A stretch of 63,469 bases of DNA, filler included, from Choristocarpus tenellus KU-1152 (Eukaryota; Protista; Phaeophyceae), in the NCBI GenBank assembly GCA_964200185.2. It is 8 parts of 8 records of this genome, joined end to end, with 100 filler letters (N's around TTAATTAATTAA, not from the genome) between each part and the next. Parts side by side here need not be neighbours in the genome. Positions count along the whole stretch, not along the records: positions 1 to 22,888 come from CAXNAD020000273.1; 7 more parts are not named here. The stretch is one strand, 5' to 3'. The notes beneath the pieces are model-generated. The model saw only the letters and a program-made list of their open reading frames with translations, made no database searches and was not told the DNA's origin. The translations under genes were made by a program, and so were the position numbers. Below, in pieces: positions 1 to 13,187 of this stretch (position 1 is its first letter; each line of letters opens with the position of its first letter).

Positions 1-1741
1 CCCCCCAGATACTTTGGTTCTATAGATGTTTATTGTAGAGAATGCAACAACAATACTAAAGATTATTGTTTGTCGTGGAATTGTATTATTGGGACTGATG
101 TGAGCAAAATCAAGGAATGAATTTGCACGAGGAACATCTTTTTAATTAGGGTGTTATCACATTTTTATAAAGATCGGACTGTTTGTGAATTACGCTCTTT
201 CATCATTTTTTATGTAACGTTTGGCGTCTTGCACATATTTCGAGCAGCCATCTCAGTCTGTTAATGACATCTCAGTGCACTGTTCTTAGTGATGTTGCTG
301 ACCAGAGACAAAGGACCTGGCCTTCCCTCATCACCCAAAAGTGGTGGTTTACATCATCTAAGTATCTGTGAACACAGGCGGCCTTGTGATCTCTTGATTT
401 CCTGAGCAGAGCACAATCCTTAATGCCATGAAATGATTGCAGTCTGCTGTGCAGTACATTTATTAAATGAATGGCAAGGTCTCTCTGAGCTCTGAGCACG
501 AAGGCCTTCAACTAGAGACCTTGTTGCACACCACTGACCACGGCATCACATATGGTCTGTTTGCAATAGTTGAAGATTCAGTGTTAAACGGATGAAATAG
601 TTCAACGGCAGTTACAGTTAAGTAACTTTCATCACTCGACTTGTCCGCAAGATGAATGGAGACATGTAACAAATGATGAAGAGAACCTCACTGGATATGA
701 AAGCACCCCTTGTCCATAGTGGTAACTATTTCATTAGACTCTTGACCCCTCATGTTGACTTTATTCAACAAATACATATCTTACCTCCTATTTGTGCCAA
801 TTTCTATGGTATCTCCCATGATTGGTAGACTGACCAGGTGATATCGGTATTGTGCTTGATCGATGTATTAATCAAAGCACGTATCTGTTGATCACTATCC
901 TGAACACATGTACCTACAACCCTATCTCTAAAGATGTGCTCTACTCCATTTTGTATCAGAGTGGTGGACCAGGCAGGGCCTGACCGATTCCTGTGATCTT
1001 CCCCTCATTTCCAAACCCCTTTCATAGTCCTCAGTAGTACAGCTGTTGAAATATCTATTTCTTGTTGCATGATACAATACGACCATTGTACAGGAAGAGC
1101 TTTACCACAAGCGATGCATACTCCATTGTTGTGTTCATGTGTTGCATTGGATGTCACTTATTTCCCCTCCATGTTGCACATAGATTGACCCAAGTATAGA
1201 AAAAGGTAGCTATACAGGTGCAATGTATCTTTTTGTTGACCAGAGATTGGAAGCAAAATGGCACAACTGCCTGTCGGAAGATGACAATTAGGGGGGCCTT
1301 CAACAGGGAATGCGGTGAGCTGACCCATATTTCTTATATGTCGAATTGAAGATGATATCTACGAGATGTGAGCACAGCTGCACAGTCAGCAACACCTTAC
1401 CCAATTTATTTTTGGCAATTATCATCAATGGAGCTCTATCTACACTCTACACTGTATTAGGCACATTCTCAAGTCACAGCTCTTGACAGTCTTCAGAACT
1501 GGAATTCAACAAGCTATAATCAAGTTGGTAGCTCGAATATGTGGGACCCTCTGTGAGATTTAAAAAATGAACAAAATATGGTCAATCAACAGCTTCCCCT
1601 TCATGTACACAAGCTTTTTAAAAATTCTTTCCAGCACAATCTGGTACACTCAACACCTGCTCTGTAGAATGTTGCATGACCTCTTACATACCATTACACT
1701 CGGCTTTGGGGCAGAAAAAAAAAGTAGTAAAATTGCACCAT

Positions 1742-4700
1742 TTAACGTGCAGGTGGCATTTGGATTCCCCCAGAAGCCAGTTTATTAGCCAGGTGCTCCT
1801 TGCATTCCTCAGCAGTACCATCTGGATGCTCGAGCTGCCACAGAACCTTGAGCAACAGGGAGGCAGCAACACAGTCAAATGAGGTACTTGAGGGGAGGTG
1901 GATGATGCCTTTTCAGTTTTCAGATGAATTTGAAAGGAAATATATGCACAGCTCTTCATGAACCTATCGTATGCTCCTCGATCCATGCCCCCAACACCCA
2001 GCACCAAACATGCACCTGCTCATCCAGCACCGTTCGCACCCCAGGCCCCTTGGGAACTTTGAGGTCATTGATGATGGATGTTCCCTTGGGTGCAAAGAAC
2101 AGTGCAAAGAACATTTGTGAGGTTAGACAGGAGAGGATCAAGTAGTAGAGTACAGGAATGTCAACAACATATGATGACCTTTCTCATCTCCATACCACAT
2201 CAGACCAGTTGTTGGTGGGGAGGAGAGCTTTCCTCTATAGACTTCCAGTAGACTACTGAGAGAAGTACAACCACCTGGGGTACGTCATGCACAGGAAGAA
2301 CTGATTATTAATACTCTAAGGGATTTCACATGGTTAGCAGATGAGTAGACATCTATACACTGCAGAGAGGAAACAAGCATTACGTGCTGCAAAGTGGAAG
2401 TCAATACAACCTGTGTTATCCAGCACTAAATATCAGGGCATCACAACGGGAAGTGGGTGGGGGAAATCCTCACAACAATATGCTATGCCCCTTGAATCAG
2501 TCCTTTTTGACAGGCACTTACAGCAAGAAGAGGTTTTATAGCCCATGCCTCTCCCAGTCCCATGTTGAAAATAGCCTCCCTCAGTCCCTCATGCTTGGCC
2601 ACCACTTGGTTTTCCTGATCCAAGGCTCCCACCTCCAATTCCACGCAATTGCTAGAGTCACTGCTTCCCCTCGATAACTCAATGGCACAGTTAAGGTATA
2701 TGCATGTTTGCCACAGCTGAAGACCCTTTGCCTGTACAGAAAAAAATAGAGTTTTGGTGATGTAGACGGCGCAACATGTACTGCAGGGGAGATAAAACAG
2801 ATGGGTACCATGTACTACCAGCATGGGACTGCTTGAATTGATTCTACACTTGATATAATGGAACAAAACATCCCTCACATGCACTATACACTCCACGCTC
2901 TCAGGGGATGCAATGGTACACCAGAAGCAGCAGCATCTCCTCTCTGATCGATCACATTTTGTTTGTGCACTGCTTCTTAGCAGACGCTGAGTTTTGCTTT
3001 AGCGTGCCATTGAGCCAACATTCACCAAGACAAACAGATGTAAAACAACCACAAAACAAAGCAGACGTACATCTCGAACTGCAAGGCCACAGTCCAACCG
3101 CGAAAGTCCACTCCTGCTTTTGACCTCACTCTCTTCCCTGGTACCAGGAGAATCTGCCAATCTTTGAAAGACAGGCAGGAGCTGCAAGATTTTAGTGACA
3201 TTTTCCCCCTCCTGCACCTTGAGCTGTGCAAAGTAGGAAGGCAAGAGGGGCACAGCCAGAAACAACCAGATAGTGGGCAGTGTCAGTTTGAAAATTAAAA
3301 CAATCATGACGGTGGCAACATAAGTTATAATGGCATGGCATCAATGTACATGTCTCAAATAATATTTGCTACAGGATGAGCTATCCCCAAGAACCATGTC
3401 CCTGTATGTAAGAGACTGCCAACACCACCTACAGCTCAAGGCATTTTGTGGCCTTCTCCCTTCTACAATTAATAGTGGGTGCTCCATTGTGCCCTCTGCT
3501 GCTTCTGCTCACCTTCAGGGACTCCTTCATTACAAAGCTTGGTACCGGTTGCATGTTGCCCTTCTTGTCAGCATACTTCACCACAGCCAGTGGAAGCAGA
3601 GCACAAGAGAAGAACAACTCTTCATGGAGCACATTCTTCTTTTGAATAATTGCAGCATTATTATCCTGGGCGCATAGCAAGGCAGCTGTTGCATGAGCTG
3701 CAGCAATCCCAGCTGTCCAGTTGTAGCCAGTTTCAGGACGGGGTGGACTGCAGGCAGGAGGAGGAGCAAAGATCACCTCCATTAGGCCTAGGTCGCAAAG
3801 GAGGCTCAGGGCTTTGGCCGGCCTAGCCATCTGTTGTGAGGGGTTGGGTTTAAGACAGTGTAGGGATGGGTACAGTAGTGCACCATCCAGAGGATAGAGT
3901 AGGTGATGTCAGCCTGGCTACCATTACAAGAACATGTGGCCTGCAGTGAACACCAACACCAAAACCAACAAATACACTGGGAGCAAGTCACAGCCTTTCT
4001 TTTCAACACAGGCAATCAATGAGTGTGTCAGATAAAAATAGTGAAGTGTGCAACTACCTTTGACTAACCAGCGTCACCACTATGATAAAACAAAAAGTAT
4101 GAAACCAATCGTGTATTCCACTCCAAGGAAGTTGGATGGCACCCATCACAAACATTTGTAGAATAAGAACGGTTCAATCATCATCAGGAGCATGCATGAC
4201 ATGCAGTACACACCTCACTCTTTACACATGTTGTAACAGTAATTGGCTGTATCTGTAGGTAAGCATACTGGCAGGAAGCACTACAACCTGGAGGGAGAAT
4301 ATGTTTGCTTTCTCAAATGCCTCGCCACAGTCATGTTACAATGAATGCAATAGTACAATATACAACTAATAGTACAATAATAATACCAACATACTATCTA
4401 AGCAGCAAATACTATACCAACCTTTCCACTCAGCATACCACAAAGCTCCACCCCAATCCGCTCCCTGCTGACCTTGCTTCCCAGGGCTGTCTGTATATCT
4501 TTGTCTTTTGCTGCAGCAACAAGATCCTGAGGGGGGCAATGGCACACCACAATGGCTATTGTCATCACTATCAGACTTGCTCTACCTGCCTTCTATTCTA
4601 AGTCATCCTTACTGCCCCTGAGAATGAAGAGAGATATGTAGGGGTGGTAGTGCAACACAATACAAGTGAAAACTACTCAAGGTCAAAGGTCACAGGGGTT

Positions 4701-5481
4701 CTTTTCAAAGAGCCCATTAAATGGGAAGCTGCAAGGTACATAACGGAAAAAATCCCTGTAATAATACATGCAACAAATGGCGTTTCTCTTAAGGTTATTC
4801 CTGCTTTTGACTTAGAGCCAAGAAGTCGAACTCACCAGTGTTTCCTCAGGAAGTGATTGCCTGCACATGGGTTGAAAAGTGTTCACTACCTGCATGATAA
4901 AACACTGGCTAGAAGCTTGGGTATAAAAACAAATATGATGGCAACAAAAAAATATATATATAAACAGGGTAGTCCATACGCAGAGAGCCCAATGCCTTTC
5001 TTCCATTGCTAATCCAACTTGAAGTACTCACGACAGTACGACATGCAATGCAAGACACTAACAGAACCAGATATTGCAATCCATAGAATGGTGCATCACG
5101 GCAGCAGTACTCTAGGAAACCCTGCGGTTGAGATAGTGAAGTGAGGCATCATATTGTGTGCCTTGCTGTCCTCACCTCGTGGAGGGAGAAGTCAAACCTT
5201 GCCGAAAAGCGCACACCACGAAGCACCCTCAGAGGATCATCAAGGAAGGTGACCTTGGGGGAGAGGGGGGTCTGGATCACACCTGTGCGTAGGTCATCTA
5301 TTCCTCTGGGTGCAAGTCATTCATTGTGGACAGGGTTAGGGTTTCTGTGATAGGACTGGTAAACAGCATCAACTCTTCAAGGTAAAATGTAGCTCCGAAG
5401 AATGGAGTAGATGGAGAGGGAGTCACAAAGGATGTAGATGAAGGGAATAATTCATCATAGGGCAATGTCAACCAAGAATAT

Positions 5482-5546
<65 letters not shown>

Positions 5547-7413
5547 AGAGAGCATTAGCTTCAAGCACAACAAGAGTATGTCATTTTATGTCACTGGCAA
5601 GGTATGACCCCAAGTTCTTGGGGAGGTAACAAGGTCGGCATTAGTTAGACTCGACCAAATTTTCCTTCTTTATAGTATGATTGAGGTTTCCCAGGTGCTG
5701 GAACATAGGGCATCTATGTGATTGTGTGCTTGAGGATATAGTGGACGATGAAAGAGACACCAGGAGGCGTTTTATTGGCATACCTGCCTGTCAGGTCTTC
5801 AACTTTACCAGTGTTGACGTTGTAAAAGAGGGCATTCACAGTGAAATCTCGTCGCAGGGCATCTTCCTCAGCGGTACCAAACTTGGCCTCTGGGATGCGG
5901 CTGTCCATGCTGCATGATTGGCAAGGAGAAAGTACAAAAATGTCCACGGGCCACATATCAGTCTTTTTCCGTTCCACTCTTCAATATGCACATTTTCGTA
6001 TTGTCCACTTCTTTGTTGATGAAGATGAAAATATTTCAAGCTGCATCAGCTTGTCCGATATAGTGCAGCTAGAGTAAGGTCATTTGAGATGTATTCAACA
6101 AACAGTCTGCTGTAGGCAATGATAACCCACCCTTGTGTCACGAAACATAATTACCACATAGTATCGACAGCACTAAAACCTGTGTCCATCACAGGCCCTA
6201 GTCCCTTTGACCAACACGATGCCCTGAAAGGGCGATTGTGGCCATTTTCATAGGGTAGGTGCATTCCACACCAAGTTGTTCCATAACATGTTGTTCTGAA
6301 TCCTCGACACAAAGGGATAGAAGCAAAGTGGCCCACTACATACCAGAATGTCAAACATTTTGCGACAGTGCCACAGATTAACACAATGAAGCACTAGAAG
6401 TAACAGAACACAAAACAAAGAAACAGACGCAAGCAAGCACATTAGTAAGACCTGTAAGTCTCTGTTCTCAGGTTGACAAGGTCCACCTCAGCACCAATGA
6501 CTTTGAGACGGGCAGTCTGAAGGTGCTTGGATTTCAGAGGGTTTGCCTGACGTGTAGAGCAGTTTAGAGAGTGTGCGGGTTGCATACAGGTCAGAAGTTA
6601 ACACAGAGTTCACGAAAAATAAGCGGGACTTCCTTGCTCACGCTGAAAGATAGAAGGTCGAGGTCCGTCTGGAGTTATCGATAGGATACCTCAAAATATG
6701 TGTGACCGTCGGAAGGCGTGTCATTCACCACAACGTGTAGTTTCGACAGCAAAGTGAACTTATTCAAGAGACTTCCTCATGCAACCACTTACCACAGAGG
6801 TGCTCATACTCTTGTCAGAACTAAACCAGCCACAAACCGAAGATATATGTATTTGTAGTTTGTGTGGCGAGTCTGTGATCCCTAGGCTTACCTTGACGAC
6901 AGCCACCTTCTTTGCATCAATACCCTGACTTAGCAAGTAGGAGTTCACCATCTCAGCAAAGGCTTCTCCAGTTAGATTGTCCAGGGCAATGTCGATGTCA
7001 TCACTCTAAACAAATATACGGCGACACGTGCAGTGGTACGGTGACAGGATAAGCAAGCAAAGTAATTCAAGGGTACTGGGGTTGTGTGTAGTGGCGGCTG
7101 AATAGTCAAAACTATCGTGCACCTCAGCCAAAGAAGAACATACCTTGCGACCGAGCAGCTTATCCCGTACCCATCCTCCAGCCACACGTATAACTGTGTT
7201 CGATGCTTTTGCCTCTACTGTATCGAGCATAAGTTTAAATACTTTGCATTCAAGGTCGGTCAATTCCAAGGCCTCATCCTCTCTTGACAGTCTCGAGGAG
7301 GTCGTACATTGCTCCATGACTAAACAATCAGCGTTATCCTCCTTTCTATCGCTGGTGGGCCGCTTTTGGTGATCAGCTCGATCTGAAAGGGAAGGTTGTC
7401 TCTCACGCTTCAT
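1742..7413 (-). CDS. CCA1: CCA tRNA nucleotidyltransferase (class II), 11 exons
   Basis: Phase-consistent GT-AG exons: 7413-7144, 7005-6892, 6546-6452, 5909-5783, 5305-5176, 4526-4422, 3830-3513, 3223-3071, 2731-2522, 2084-2016, 1846-1742 (TAA). Motifs: RVAGGWVRDKLLG, SDDIDIALD (DxD), VDLVNLRTETY-SMDSRIP (flexible loop), EDALRRDFTVNALFYN, FLDDPLRVLRGVRFSARF, KVSRERIGVE, C-terminal PKGP...WQLEHP. The start is uncertain because in-frame ATGs also occur at 7560 and 7551. Confidence 0.95.
5487..5552. repeat. (GA)n microsatellite in a CCA1 intron
   Basis: Directly visible GA run. Confidence 0.95.
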
Positions 7414-7606
7414 CCTTGATATTGGTTGTAATGCGTTGCTTTTGTGTAGAGATGTGGTGACGGTGTGACGGTATGTTTCAAGACTTCCTATTTTCTTTGT
7501 ACCGTTACAAACTGAGCCGGTACCGGCAATCGTTTTCCATCCCAACCACATCCATCCCATCCCCACTTGACTTTTCTACTAAAACTGTAAGTGCACTGAT
7601 ATCGCC

Positions 7607-10600
7607 ATGAGTGGCGAGCGTGCTTCTCAGCCACCCATCTCAAAGGCTCCTGTATTTCAAGAAGTCAAGTCTCCTGAGCCTCAACGTGTTGAGCAATTAC
7701 GACGGGCGGTGGAAATTGGAGAAAGTGGTCCCGGATCGTCCGAGTGTGTTGATGAGCAGGTGATGATTGAATATGCCCTGTTGAGGTATGCGTGAGTGAC
7801 ACTTTGAGCCCGAGATTGACTGGTATATCCTCGAGTAGCTATACCGTGGGATATGTCTTTCGGATGGCAGCCCTGTCCTCAGCTGCGAGCAACTAAAGAG
7901 TCATTCCTAGGCCACGTGAGTTGATAGAGTGGTAACTCAATACAAATCGATATTTAGGGAGTTGCTACTAAAGAACACAAATTTGAAATGGCATCGAATG
8001 TTACTGGAGAGATTGCCGAGTACAGCGGAGGAGCTGTTGAGAATGGAATAGTTATAAGTGAAAGGGCGTGAATCTTGGGCACTGCGCCTCACAGAAAATG
8101 GCATTTCTCCTACTTTTGGAGCCCATCCGTCCACGACGCCTTCAATGAAAACAGGTTCTGTGAATTTCGGCACCTTCCCGTGCCACTTAACCAGTGATTG
8201 TGGAGCACTCCTATCTTTCTCGATACGTCTCCTCATCATGGCGCCTGAGACTGAAGACATGCAGTATGTCCTACTCAACCGCAGACCCAGATCCAGCCTC
8301 GAACACAGTAGCCAACCAGACCTGACGATCCCAACCCACGGTTTGATCTCGTCCAGAATTTGCTATTGAGCAAGTCACTAAATGGATTCTGGCGAACCCA
8401 GTCTCAGCTTGAAAAGGGTGGAACAGATAAGGTGGCCATCGTTAAGGGGGCGCGGTTGGCATCCCAAGCTTGTCTGCAGACGGACAGGGTATGGACCAAT
8501 GCCTCAGATCTGCTGAGGTATATACTGCATTTTATAATTAGAGGAAAGATCATTCATTTTTCTGCTATTTGGTCTGAGCATTTGGCCTGTTGTTGAGTTG
8601 GGGCGAATTTGCATGAGGGGTTGATAGTATGGTATACACGCTTGGAGCTTGAAGTACGTTGTATATCTTAACAGATGCTGAGGTATGTACTGCATTTGAT
8701 GATTTGAGTAACACGATTGGTTTTGCTCCTGTGTTGTCTGAGCAATACGCTTTTCATCATGAGTTGAGGCTTCCACGGGAGGATAGATGCCATGGTATAC
8801 GTACGACGTATGTATGACCTGGATCGTAATTCTGATAATACCATCATTTGGAAGGAGTTGCGGGCATATTGGAGGAACTGTAAGGGTCCGAACAGAAAGG
8901 AAAGACCCATCTCCTTGTTTGGAGTTATGGCTCATTCCTTGGCATGTTGTCTTTGCTGTCATGTGGTGTTCTGGTCTGTGTTACGCACTATCTCGTTTCT
9001 TTTTTCTGATTGTGTCATGTACTTGGTAACTACTTCATGTACAGTTGTACCATACATGTGCATAGGTGGTTCTCGTAACTTGTGCAATGCTTCCTTGCAG
9101 TGGGCACCAATGGTTGAGTAGAGTGTACACTCATTTAGTCGTTGCTCTTTCAGATGTTACCTGGGAACAGTGGTGCTGCATTGTGGGAAGTGGTAAACTA
9201 TCCATTTTATCATTCACTATGACCTCAACATTAAAGTGCATATATACTACTAACCCCCAACACCACACCAATACTGCTCAGGTGGCTCTGTACAGTGCAT
9301 ATGCAAAGTCTGACGGAGGCAATGGAGCCCCTGAAGACCCATGCTACACAGGCAGCTGTCCGTCCTCGGTCTGCTGCAAGTGCAACATCAGCCCATCGTG
9401 TCTTGCGCTCTGCTCTAGTGGCATTCAATGCCTTCTTGACCAAAAGGCACAAACTGTATCACTCAAGGTGCATACTTTGTGTCTCTTCCTCGTGTCCCCT
9501 TCTAATCTCGTCCTCAAGGAAGTTGGGCTTGCATTCTCCTTGGGAGAGTTTCTTCTCTTCGCCCCCAATTGAATGCTGGATGGGATTAATATTTGTTGTC
9601 CTTATACATTGCGGAGAGGGTGATGTCCCTACTGACCAAGGAGAGATTGTGCAGTTTGCCCTGCTGCATGATTGGCAACTGCATTTAAGGATGCAACTCA
9701 CTGTCTACACTTCAGTTGTGGCTTTTAAATCTCATTCTTCCTTGAATCCATCAAGGCACCACAGGCCGTCAACTCAATGCTGCATAACAATGTGTTGAGT
9801 AGGTAGCAAGGTCTCCCTTTTTGAACACAACCAAGACAATAAGTCAATCGGACAACACAGTCCCCAAGGTATTGGAGGCAGTGAAAATCCCGTATGTAAC
9901 AGAAAAAAAAACTGATGTGTTGTTCATGTGTTGCCTGCATGCTCTCCTGCTCATTTAAATCGCCATCCACTCCTATGTACTCACCCTGCATAGCCTCACC
10001 CGATCTCAGATCACATGTGGAACTCCTTGCAGCAGCAGTAAGAGATGTGTCTGTCATCATCACGAGGTTGAGAAGGGAGTTTGATGGTCGCAGGGCTGGG
10101 GTGGGTGCAGTGCGCTTGCTGGGGACCCTGGCTGTGGCATGCTTTACACCTGTGAACACAAGTGACGCTTCACAAAGCGAGTGGCAGGTGGGTGTTAACC
10201 CTTTAGACTTGACCATGGTTCAAGGCCAAAGGATTGATCAATGAATCCCTATCAGATAGTGCATTGTTGATGGATCTCCTTAAGGATTGTCGATTGATCT
10301 ATCACCTGGAACTGGTAGCAATGGGACTATTTGAAGCTACCCATAATTGTTTTATTGTCTTTACTCCTGCGGCAGCTTGCTTGGCCAACTACTATTTCGA
10401 AGTATTCAGTTCACACCTTTTCAATATTATAGTACTCAAAAGAGAGTGATGCAGGGCTTTTGGCTCTCTACAGTAACGGCCTAATTCTTCTTGTAATTAT
10501 CAGTGCGCATCTATGTAGCATAATTTTATTTCAACATGCAACAGGAGTTGGATGCAGAAAGTGTATCTGAGTGATGTTCTTGACTTGACACATGAGGGCC

Positions 10601-12428
10601 TCCACTCCTAATAAGTCTAATTGTGGAATTGCTTCGATATGATTTTATACTAAGGGATGCCAATGTGTGTGAGATTTTGTTCCTGTGGAGTATGTACCTC
10701 TGAAGAATCTGAAGAATTTGGACAGTGCAACAATCAACAATGTCACAGGAAGGTGTAGGTGGCTAGGTGGTACCAGGAGTTGGAGCCCTTGACCTTGGGA
10801 GCATGCTTCCTTGTTTGGAAGCATTGTGAACTAGCTCACTGGTGTAATAGATAGGTACAGGGTATGAGGGGCAAGTGATGAAGACCAAGCAGACAATAAA
10901 TTGATCCTCAAAGAACTAATGTGAATAGTCGATGTATCTTGTTTCTTTTTACATATTGAGGTTGAGCATGGTCTCCCCTCTTTGTTGTTGTTCCAGCACA
11001 TGAATCACCTCATGTCAACTGTGTTTATGGCTTGGTGTGTCATGCAGGGCGTGGCAGAGCTCAAGGCCCAGGGTTGGAAATTTGTTGAGTGCCTCCTGGA
11101 ATGCCTGGGTGTTCCAAAGGATGAAGGAAAAAAATTGCATCTCCACAAACTGCATCCTTTTTCGGAAGCTGTGGGAGCTTTGACCAGGTTTGCTATGAAT
11201 TGACTCACACGGTGCAGTGACTTTTTCTAAGGCTTGGCACATTTTTTTCCTCTCCTGCCTAAGAAATAAGAAACCATTTGTTCCTATGTTCATCTCTGCA
11301 CTGTTGTGGAAGGTTGGGTGTCAATGTTTTGCATTGTTTCTCACCCTCTCCCATATGTGAGGCTGTGCTGAGAAGTTTACATCCAATGTGATGGGCAAAT
11401 GAGCCCACCACATTGTCCCCTCTCAGCATAACCCTTTTGTTCATGATAGTAAAAGACCCAAGGCTGTAGTGGTGTGATTCTCCCCTCCTGCCTTGATAAC
11501 GCTCTAAAATCTGTGAGTTTTGGGGTCTTGTGGGAGGCTGAACTTTGTCTATAGCCTCTCTACTTCACTTGAAGTAAAAAAGGAGAGGACGCCCAGCATG
11601 CTACTCATGAGCACACAGGCGGTCTAGGATAACATTAATAGCATCATCCATATTGGAGAGCAGTAGACATGGTGGATAGTTTGAGGTGTGAGACAATGAT
11701 GTGCTTTCAATTAAATCCAAACATATACCATGAGAGTTACTGCATGTTTGTTGCTCAGAGTAAGTGTTGTTCCTATTACTCTTGGCCTGCAGGATTGCAT
11801 CCTTGTATCCTGGTACCTACCCAAGGGTAGCCAATGCTTTTGCATCAGCGTTGGATGGTATGGAGGCGTCTCAAAGGGTGAACTGGGCAAATAGGCCAGC
11901 TCTAGCAGATGCCTCTGCACGGGTGAGGACTGAGCAGGGAGTGTTCTTTCTATGTAATACATCATGGGAATGGATATTTTGAGAGTGTGTGATGATTTGA
12001 TTTTGGTTATTCTTACTATCCATGATTTTGATTGTAAGTTCAGTCTTAAGCCAAATACTACGTACTTCGAGTACTTGGGTTAATTGTGGAACACCTCTTG
12101 GCAGTATTGTGCTGCTGCCGATGTGTCACACATGCACAGCTGTGGGGTTACTAGTTAGAACACATCACTATTGAGGTGTTATCCTCTATCAAGATTGAAA
12201 CTGTTTCTTCTCCCTGGAGTATTAGTTTTAGTGTAGGGGAGTGTGTAGTGTGTTGAAGGTGTACTTGAGTGCCTACTACATGGAGTAGCAATATTGTTGT
12301 TAAGGTTAATGGCGGATGTTATCGTTTTCCCTTTGCAGGATAGAAGGGAGGCAGAATATTTTATTGGAGGGAATGCACTGTTATTAGAAGTTGTAGGGGT
12401 TGAATGGATAAGGCATGGAGACTTGTGA
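7607..12428 (+). CDS. Hypothetical multi-exon protein, function unknown
   Basis: Phase-consistent candidate exons: 7607-7785, 8320-8517, ~8782-8885, ~9356-9467, 10010-10187, 11048-11187, 11793-11922, 12339-12428 (TGA). The translation looks helical and protein-like (e.g. SHVELLAAAVRDVSVIITRLRREF, GVAELKAQGWKFVECLLECLG). No family recognised. Exon 3 boundaries and the last exon are weak. Confidence 0.6.
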
Positions 12429-13187
12429 TCTTTCTCCTTTCCCTGATGTATGTTTAATCCAAAGGGTACTGCAATTATGCCTCTCCATCTCTCAGTACCT
12501 GAACTTCTCAGATGGTAATTATGATTTATCCTCTGAGGCAATGGCGGAAGAAGCAGGGTTGGGGTTTTCTAGATTGAGTTGGTGATCCTCCGGGACAAAA
12601 GTAAAGCTTGAATCCGTGAAAGTAGTTGATTAGTTGGGGACATGGTGCAAGTGTGTGTGCCTATCTTGTCATAACTGTGTAGATGTTGAGAAAGTGAGAA
12701 CTCAGTCCTTGGTCCCAGGTTGAAGTGGAAGTCCTGCAATAGGGGATGGTAAGAGATTACCTGAGTCCGAGTCCTTTGACAGCTGTTGTATCACCTTTAT
12801 GTCCTCTGGCCTTGATCACAATTTTTTCTTGTGTATTTGTGGACAAGGCATTTTCCAGTAAAGTGCTTCTACCTTGATGTGTGTATATTGCACACTGACT
12901 TTTATTATCTCAATACTTGTCTTGTTTTGGTTCGCTGAATGTTGCCTTGTTGATTTTTTTAAATATTTTGCACAGTAACACACCACAATTGTGCATTGCC
13001 TGTTCCAGTCCGGCCCCAAAAGTCCTTCCCTACTCAACAACGCCAAACTTACCCCCAACAACGCCATCAACAGCACACAGTCATTGCATGTGCTGTGCAT
13101 CTTGTGGACCGTCACCGGAGTAACTCGTCCCCAGATCGTCTGTGTGCCTCTGAAACCCTGTGCCGGGCACTCTGGGCATGCAAGATA

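Noticed and set aside
272-1440. Possible minus-strand exons downstream of CCA1
   Set aside because: A few GT-AG-bounded segments exist, but I could build no coherent or recognisable protein.
4836-4860. Cryptic 25-nt exon in a CCA1 intron
   Set aside because: It would shift the frame, and the flanking exons already join into the conserved sequence.
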